A stretch of 64,000 bases of DNA, taken from an uncultured delta proteobacterium (GTDB taxonomy: Bacteria; Myxococcota_A; Polyangia; Polyangiales; Polyangiaceae). The stretch is taken from assembly GCA_963782055.1 (NCBI GenBank), contig CAWAIF010000003.1:1088001-1152000 (forward strand), given 5' to 3'. Under the pieces are notes generated by a model. That model was not told the DNA's origin, ran no database searches, and saw only the letters and a program-made list of their open reading frames with translations. Position numbers and translations under genes: made by a program. Shown piece after piece: positions 56,516 through 62,815 of the stretch (position 1 is the first letter of the stretch; the number at the start of each line of letters is the position of its first letter).

Positions 56516-57601
56516 TCAAAAGGATCGCGAAGAAAACTCCAACCCCAGGAAGGCGCGGGGCTGGAGCGTGGCGGGCGTCAGGTAGGAGACGAAGCCGCCG
56601 GCGCCGGAGAAGCCGAAGGCCGGCGCGCCGAGCACGGTGTCGACGCCGGCAGCGCCGACGAGCGCCCATCGGTCCGCCGTGGGGCGCCACCTGAGTCTGA
56701 GCTCGAGGCCCAGCAGGGGCGCGCCCTCGAGCCCGGTCGTCGAGGCCACGAGCTCCGGCGCCGGCGCGCGCGTCTGCCGTACGTAAAGGAGGGCTCCGGC
56801 GCGCGCGCCCGCCGCGAGGTCCCAGCGCGCTCTCCGCACGAGGGCGACGCTCGCCCCGAGCGTCACCGCGTGCCGGGCGATGTGCAGCGTCCCGTAGGGA
56901 GTCGGCGTGTCGGTCGGCACGCCGAACGCGGCTTCGACTCGCGCCTCGAAGGCGCGCACGCGCAGCCCGAGCCAGGTGGCCGCCGCCGCGTCGCCGTCGG
57001 CGCCGTCGGTGCCCGCCTGTAGGCCCAGCCCGCCGACGGCGGCGATGACGACGCGCGGCGGCCGCTGTCGCCGGGGGCGCGGGACAGGCGGCTTCGGCTC
57101 GGCCGTACGGGGCGCGAGCGTCCTCCGCTCGACGCCGATGGTGCCGCCGGCGGCCAGCGCCCGCAGCGCACTGCGGACGATGAGCGCTGCTTCCTCCAGC
57201 GTGGCGGACGTGGGGGGTCCACCCGCCTGATCGCGGCCGACACGACGAAGCAGCACGCGGCCCCCCTTCGGCTCGGCGACGCAGACGAGCAGACCGGGCG
57301 AGCCCGGGATGGCGGTGAACCACACGACGACACGGGCCTCGTGCTCCGCCGCCAGCGCGTCCGCCTCGGCGAGCTGCCCGGCCAACGTCGGCTCGACGGC
57401 CGGTGTCGCCTGCGTGTCCAGCGTCACGTCCAGGTCCGCCGCCTGGCCCCGGACCCGCGCCAGCAGCGCGTCGTCGCCCTCGCCCGTGACGCGCAGGACG
57501 GCGCGCATCGGCTCGTCGGCGGCGGCTCCGCTCGCAACGAGGAGCGCGACCCCCAGCGTCGCGCAGGCCAGCCGCCGGACTGCGGGCCGAGGAGGCACCA
57601 T
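56516..57601 (-). CDS. hypothetical exported protein (possible C-terminal beta-barrel)
   Basis: Signal peptide ending in AAA-D; amphipathic beta-strand-rich C-half. Confidence 0.65.
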   Translation of the reverse strand: MVPPRPAVRRLACATLGVALLVASGAAADEPMRAVLRVTGEGDDALLARVRGQAADLDVTLDTQATPAVEPTLAGQLAEADALAAEHEARVVVWFTAIPGSPGLLVCVAEPKGGRVLLRRVGRDQAGGPPTSATLEEAALIVRSALRALAAGGTIGVERRTLAPRTAEPKPPVPRPRRQRPPRVVIAAVGGLGLQAGTDGADGDAAAATWLGLRVRAFEARVEAAFGVPTDTPTPYGTLHIARHAVTLGASVALVRRARWDLAAGARAGALLYVRQTRAPAPELVASTTGLEGAPLLGLELRLRWRPTADRWALVGAAGVDTVLGAPAFGFSGAGGFVSYLTPATLQPRAFLGLEFSSRSF

Positions 57602-57696
57602 GGCGACTCACCGTACCACCGACGCGAGCGGCGCCGGGCGAGTCGACGCGGGCAAACGCTGGGGCGGTCGTACGGGAAAGGGAGCATAATCCCCTC

Positions 57697-58554
57697 ATGC
57701 GAAGACGCTCCGTCCGCCCGCACTGGAGGGGTGGAGCAAGTCTGGGCCTCGGCGCAATCCTGGCCGCCCTGGGTTGCTCGCTCTACCCGAACGTCGACGA
57801 CCTGACCGGTGGCGGCGCGGACGGGGGAGCCGCGGCGGACGCGGTCTCGGAAGCTTCGGACGCGGGGGACGCGGGCGATTGGTGCGCCGCCAACGCCCCG
57901 CAGGGCGCCTTCTGCGAGGACTTCGACCAGCACCCGCTCGACTTCGCCTGGGCCGTGCAGAACTTCAATCTCAACGGCCCGGGCACCGCCTCGGTCACCC
58001 TCGACCCGCTGGCGCACTCGCCACCGAGCTCCCTGGCCGTGAAGCTCGCGGCGAACCAGGAAGAGTGCAGCTACGGCATGCTCGAGCGCGTCTTCGCTCA
58101 TTCGGGCACCCACGCGCAGGTCGCGCTGGACGTCCGGTTCGGCGATGCGAGCGGTGACGCTGGCCTCTCGCTCGGACGCAACATCTTCCTCGGCTACTTC
58201 CACGAGGTCGGAACCACGCGCTGTGGGTTCTTGCTCAACCAGAGCAGCGGGTCCGTCGGCGTGCAAGAGCAAGACTACCTCCCCGACGGCGGCACGTTCG
58301 ACAGCGAGCACCCGGCCAACGGCGCGCTCCCGCTCGGGCGCTGGGGCCGTTTCGTCCTCGACGCCGACTACAGCGTCTCGCCGCCGCACTTCAGCGTGAC
58401 GCTGGACGGCGCGGCCCTGCTCACCGACGAGGTCATGTCCGGCGACTGCGCCGGGACCGGTACCGAGCGTGTCGAGATCGGCCTGTACTGCCAGGACAAG
58501 GTGGACGCCCCGACAGAGCTGCGCATCGACAACGTCGTCGTCGAGACGAACTAG
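57697..58554 (+). CDS. hypothetical lipoprotein
   Basis: LAALGC lipobox; DAG linker; FCEDFD...IDNVVV beta-sandwich-like signature; CATAAT upstream. Confidence 0.75.
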   Translation: MRRRSVRPHWRGGASLGLGAILAALGCSLYPNVDDLTGGGADGGAAADAVSEASDAGDAGDWCAANAPQGAFCEDFDQHPLDFAWAVQNFNLNGPGTASVTLDPLAHSPPSSLAVKLAANQEECSYGMLERVFAHSGTHAQVALDVRFGDASGDAGLSLGRNIFLGYFHEVGTTRCGFLLNQSSGSVGVQEQDYLPDGGTFDSEHPANGALPLGRWGRFVLDADYSVSPPHFSVTLDGAALLTDEVMSGDCAGTGTERVEIGLYCQDKVDAPTELRIDNVVVETN

Positions 58555-58586
58555 GACCGCGAAACACGGCGCCGCGCCGGGGAGCG

Positions 58587-59003
58587 CTACCGTCCCACGC
58601 ACGCGCCCGACGGGTCGAAGTGGCACGTCGGGTCCGCGGGGCGCGGGGCGCAGATCGAGTCACATACGATCTGGACATCGAACGCGTCGGTGCAGGAGCC
58701 GCTGACGCACCACGAGGTGACCGACGCCTTCAGCGGTGCGTTCTTCCAGACCGGGTGGTGCACGGTCCAGTGATCGCCGTCGCGCTCTCCGACGCCGCAG
58801 CTGTACGTGCAGCCGCACGCCTTCGAGACGACCGGGAGGCAGCGGCGCTCGACGGACGCGTCGGGTCGTGCGGCGCTCGCCGTGCCGGCGCCAGCGTCGG
58901 CCACCTCGGCGGCCCTCGGCGTCGTGTGAGTGCACGCGGCCGCGACGGCGGGGACCACCACGAGGCACAGCCGAGGAAGCATCACGCGTGGCGCGCGTCG
59001 CAT
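58587..59003 (-). CDS. small Cys-rich lipoprotein
   Basis: VAAAC lipobox; ten further Cys. Confidence 0.65.
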   Translation of the reverse strand: MRRAPRVMLPRLCLVVVPAVAAACTHTTPRAAEVADAGAGTASAARPDASVERRCLPVVSKACGCTYSCGVGERDGDHWTVHHPVWKNAPLKASVTSWCVSGSCTDAFDVQIVCDSICAPRPADPTCHFDPSGACVGR

Positions 59004-59005
59004 CG

Positions 59006-59233
59006 TCACCTCACCGACGCCCTCACGGTCGTCGTGGGGCGTCCGGCGCTGTGGCGCAGGGTCACCGTCACGTCGAACCGCCGGCTCGGAGCGCCCATCA
59101 TCTGCAGCGGGATCGTGCAAGACGTCTCCTCCTCGCCCGACGGGCGATCACTCGCGTCCTTCCCGGCCACCGAGACCGTGTTGAGCGCGTACGGATGCTA
59201 GCGCGGTCGGACGAGGGCCGACACCTCGAGCCG
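59006..59233 (-). pseudogene. probable gene remnant with internal TAG
   Basis: GC3-biased frame RLEVSALVRPR*HPYALNTVSVAGKDASD...TTVRASVR*; no start codon with RBS; TAG at 59200-59198. Confidence 0.3.
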
Positions 59234-60127
59234 TCACTTCAGCACCTCCGACTCCCAGTGCGAGCCGCCGTCGCCGTCGAACACCTCCCAGTGGAGGGTC
59301 TTCGTCATGGGGTCAACGTCCAGCCACTCCACCAGGTTCGACTGCGTGTGCGCGTCGCCGTCGTCCACACGAAAGCGGAAGTCGCACTCGTTCCCTAGCG
59401 GATCGTCGTCGTCCGCGCGCACGGCGCAACGCTTCGCGCAGCCGAAGCCGAAGGCGAGGCCGTGGCTCCCGACGATGACGCCGGGCGTCGTCTTCCTCAG
59501 CTTCTGGAGGTGTCGCGACGCCATGGCGGCCTGCTCGGCGCCCGCTGCGCTGATGCGGAAAGGCGGGACGACGCGCTCGCTCGGCGCCATCTCGCCGCCG
59601 GTACCCGCGATGCACCACTGCTCGTCGCGCGTCACGTCGTCGCTCTCCTCGATGATGCGGCCGCTCGCGTCGAATCGCATCAGCATCGGGTACGTCCTCT
59701 TCGCGCCCCTGTCCTTCGTCACCTTGTCGAAGCGCGCCCACGTCTCCTTCCCGTCGGCGGTCTTCTCGAAGACGGGCTTCTCGACGGCCTGCGTGTAGCC
59801 GGGAGAGGTCGCGAACGCGGCGCGCTTCTTCGCCGCGGCGTCGGCGGCGGTGGTGGCCGTACCGTAGAAGAGGACCTGCGGCGCGTAGAGCCTCTCCAGC
59901 GCGTCGGCGTCGTGCCTGGCGTGCGCGTCATTCCACGCGTCCAGGACCTGGTGCGGGTCGGTGGGGACAGCCGGCGCGTGCGAGCTGGCGGCGACGGCAG
60001 GGCTGCCGCTCGCCGACGACGCCGTCGCGGACGGCGCCGTCGCGGACGGCGCGGGCGGCGCGCGCTTGCACGCGGCGCAGACGGCCATGGCGATCGCGAG
60101 GCCGACGATCGAGCGCGAGGGCTGCAC
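59234..60127 (-). CDS. hypothetical lipoprotein with NTF2/SnoaL-like segment (start uncertain)
   Basis: VCAAC lipobox; Ala/Ser linker; VLDAWNDAHARHDADALERLYA..V.FYG is NTF2-like. Confidence 0.65.
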   Translation of the reverse strand: MQPSRSIVGLAIAMAVCAACKRAPPAPSATAPSATASSASGSPAVAASSHAPAVPTDPHQVLDAWNDAHARHDADALERLYAPQVLFYGTATTAADAAAKKRAAFATSPGYTQAVEKPVFEKTADGKETWARFDKVTKDRGAKRTYPMLMRFDASGRIIEESDDVTRDEQWCIAGTGGEMAPSERVVPPFRISAAGAEQAAMASRHLQKLRKTTPGVIVGSHGLAFGFGCAKRCAVRADDDDPLGNECDFRFRVDDGDAHTQSNLVEWLDVDPMTKTLHWEVFDGDGGSHWESEVLK

Positions 60128-60198
60128 GAAGCGAGGATGCTCCGACCCAGGCCGCTTGCCCAGGGGCGTCTCGTCGACCGTGCCGCCGCTCGTGGGCG

Positions 60199-60660
60199 TC
60201 AGGACGCGAGCCACTGGACGGAGTCGGGGCTCAGCGTCTTGCGCTCGCTGCCGAAGGCCACCTTGACCTTCAGCGAGGGGCCGGAGCCCGACATCGACGT
60301 CACGACTCCCTCTCCGAACTTCGAGTGCTTGACGCGCGCCCCGACCCTCGCTCCGGCGGCCCGTCGCTCTTCGGAGTCGCGGCCTTCGCCGGGCCAAGTC
60401 CGAGGGCGGTGAGGCGCTGGACAATGGCCGTTCGGTCATCGCCGGCGCGGGCGTTCTTGGCGTAGTCGTACGCGGCCCAGCCCTCGGCATGCCGGACCGC
60501 CGGATCCGCGCCAGCCGCGAGGAGCGCCTCCACCAGAGAGCGCGGTCTTCCCCGATTCGCCTGTGGCATCGAGGGATGACGATGCCTCCACCAGGCGAGC
60601 AACCTCCGCATCATCACCGTCGTTGACAGCGTCCAGGACCGTGCGAACCATGTCGGCCAT
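60199..60660 (-). pseudogene. frameshifted ankyrin-repeat protein with PcrA/UvrD C-terminal Tudor-like domain
   Basis: LDAVNDGDDAEVARLVE...GKTAL [shift ~60540] LVEALLAAGADP...GWAAYDYA [shift ~60350] VGARVKHSKFGEGVVTSMSGSGPSLKVKVAFGSERKTL. Confidence 0.65.
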
Positions 60661-60773
60661 CGTAGTGGATGTGCCGCCGCGAAGGGTCACCGTCGGCTTC
60701 GGCGTCGGTAGGTTGGTTGGTGGCGAGCGACGAGATGATCCGCGACACACAGGGCAAGCAGCGGGGTCGGGGG

Positions 60774-61670
60774 ATGCTCGAGGAGACCTCTTGGCGGCGC
60801 GCGCGGCTCGCCGCGTGGCTCGCCGCGTGGCTCGCCTGCGTATCGTGCGCGGGAGCGGGCTCGTTCGCGGTGACGCCGGTGACGCCGGCGACGACCGACG
60901 ACCTGCTCTCGGTCTGGTGCATGCCCGGGGGCGGCGTCTATGCCCTCGATCGGCACGGCGGCGCCCACCCGCTCGAAGGGCGCGGGCCCCGAGTCGGCTG
61001 GGACGACGGCGGTCCGGTAACGGTCGCGGGCGGCCGACTCTACCAGGTGAGGCAGGGGCAGCTCCGGCGCTCCGACGACGGCGGCGCGCACTGGACGCCG
61101 CTGATGGTGACGGCGCCCGCGGACGTGCCGTACGGGCGCGCCAGCCTCCTGGCGGTCGCCGCGGGCGCGAGCGGCACGCCCCTGTTCGCGCTCGGTCGGT
61201 ACCTCGCGATCGGCAACAGCCTCGAGAGCGCTTACGTCTACCTCGTCCGCTCCGACGACGGCGGCACGTCGTGGTCGCGGGTGTGGACCGGGTCTGACGA
61301 GGGGCCGATGGGCTTGCTCGGCGGGCGTCACGGCCCGGGCGTCACGGCCGCGCTCGCCGTGTTGCCGGGGGGCGCGATCGCGCTCGGTGGCATGGACGGC
61401 TCCGTCCTCGTCTCGAGCGATGGCGGCCGCACGTTCGTCGCGCGGCCCACCCCGGCGAAGGCGGCCATCCTCGGCCTGTGGGCAGCACCGCGCGGCGCGC
61501 TCTACGGCGTCGGAGTCCGCGGCGCGATCGTCGTCTCCACGGACGGTGGCCGGACCTTCAGCGCTGCCAACGCCCGTGTCGCTTCCGATCTGTACGCCGT
61601 CACCGGCTGCGCCGGCCACGTGTGGATCGTCGGCGCCCACGGCGCGGCGCTCCGCCAGCGGCGACCTTGA
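60774..61670 (+). CDS. BNR/Asp-box (Ycf48-like) beta-propeller lipoprotein
   Basis: ACVSC lipobox-like; SDDGGAHW, SDDGGTSW, SSDGGRTF, STDGGRTF. Confidence 0.75.
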   Translation: MLEETSWRRARLAAWLAAWLACVSCAGAGSFAVTPVTPATTDDLLSVWCMPGGGVYALDRHGGAHPLEGRGPRVGWDDGGPVTVAGGRLYQVRQGQLRRSDDGGAHWTPLMVTAPADVPYGRASLLAVAAGASGTPLFALGRYLAIGNSLESAYVYLVRSDDGGTSWSRVWTGSDEGPMGLLGGRHGPGVTAALAVLPGGAIALGGMDGSVLVSSDGGRTFVARPTPAKAAILGLWAAPRGALYGVGVRGAIVVSTDGGRTFSAANARVASDLYAVTGCAGHVWIVGAHGAALRQRRP

Positions 61671-61775
61671 TGTCCTCCGCGTCTCGACGACTCCTGTTTG
61701 GCGCAGCACTCCTCGGCGCGGCGGTTCGTACGTCGCGTGCGGCGAGCACGCGGCGCTGCCCCCGCACGGTCCGCA

Positions 61776-61931
61776 TCACCGCGTGCCGGGTGACGGGGTC
61801 GCGGCGCTCCCAGCCGTCGCCGGAGCGGTCGTCGTGTGCTGGCGCCAGAGCATGTAGGTGCTCACCCCGCCGCCGACGAACACCAGGGCGACGCCGCCAA
61901 TGACCACCAGCAACACGCCGGCGATGATCAT
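61776..61931 (-). CDS. very small single-TM protein or gene remnant
   Basis: MIIAGVLLVVIGGVALVFVGGGVSTYMLWRQHTTTAPATAG...; below the ORF track size cutoff. Confidence 0.3.
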   Translation of the reverse strand: MIIAGVLLVVIGGVALVFVGGGVSTYMLWRQHTTTAPATAGSAATPSPGTR

Positions 61932-62030
61932 GCGCCGAGGCTAGCTCCGCTCGTCGCGCCCGGGCAACGAGCATCGCCTGGCACGATTCGGCGTGGCCGA
62001 ATAGCGCACGCTGATCTAGAGTCCGGCCCG

Positions 62031-62306
62031 ATGAAAGCCCTGATCCTGATCGGTCTCCTGGCCGCGGTCGCGGCCGCGTGCAGCAGCACGTCCAGCCAAC
62101 CGGCCGGCGCCACCTGCTCCTCGAACAGCGAATGCGCCTCGGGCGAGTGCCTCGATCTGGCGGTGGTCAGCGACGGCGGATGCACCTCGGTGGGCAAGGC
62201 GTGCTCGAAGACCTGCCTGACCGACACCGACTGTGCGTCGCTGGGCCCCAAGTTCAAGTGCTTCGACGGCTGCGCAGGAACCAAATCGTGCGGGGCCACG
62301 CCCTGA
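62031..62306 (+). CDS. small Cys-rich lipoprotein
   Basis: MKALILIGLLAAVAAAC lipobox; CSSNSECASGEC and CSKTCLTDTDC motifs; TAGAGT 8 nt upstream. Confidence 0.8.
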   Translation: MKALILIGLLAAVAAACSSTSSQPAGATCSSNSECASGECLDLAVVSDGGCTSVGKACSKTCLTDTDCASLGPKFKCFDGCAGTKSCGATP

Positions 62307-62371
62307 GCCGCTCTGCGAGGAGCGTCGTGTTCTGCGTCCTCGAGAGGTGGACAGTCGCTTTCTGAGCGAGC

Positions 62372-62815
62372 TCAGCGTCGCGCAGCGTCACAGGCGCCGT
62401 CGACGCACACCGCCCGAAAGCTCTCGGCGCTCTCGGTCGGCTTGCAGAGGGCGTCGCACTTCGCGCACTTCACCTTCTTCGTCGCGCACTCGCCGCGCTC
62501 CCGCACGAGATCGACCTTGGTGATCGAGCGTGGCGGCACCGCGCAGCACGCGCAGCAGTCGGGGCTCGCGTTCGTCACGGTGCACTCGTCGTCGCGAGTG
62601 CACTGTCCCCCTCCACCTGGGTGGAGCTCGAGGGATGATGGATGCGGCAGCGGCGCGACCGCGGCGACCGCGGTCGCGGCGTCGACGGTCGCAGCGTCCG
62701 CCGAGCCGATGGATACGCTCATCGGCTCGGCGGGCCTAGGCTGGCACGCGATCAGCGTCGCCGAGAATGCGAGGAGCGAGGCGGGCGTGGCCCCGCTCGC
62801 AAGGCGCCATCTCAA
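62372..62815 (-). CDS. Cys-rich lipoprotein, translationally coupled to the actin-like gene
   Basis: TTG start overlapping the actin TGA (TTGA); LLAFSATLIAC lipobox; 12 Cys in the C-terminal domain (CTRDDEC...CCACC...CVDGAC). Confidence 0.7.
   Translation of the reverse strand: MRWRLASGATPASLLAFSATLIACQPRPAEPMSVSIGSADAATVDAATAVAAVAPLPHPSSLELHPGGGGQCTRDDECTVTNASPDCCACCAVPPRSITKVDLVRERGECATKKVKCAKCDALCKPTESAESFRAVCVDGACDAARR

Noticed and set aside
46094..59200. In-frame TAG codons in two remnants as possible stop-codon readthrough or recoding
   Set aside because: Several intact genes here end in TAG (ubiX, mqnC, MMPL) and no pyl or suppressor machinery is visible; pseudogenisation is simpler.
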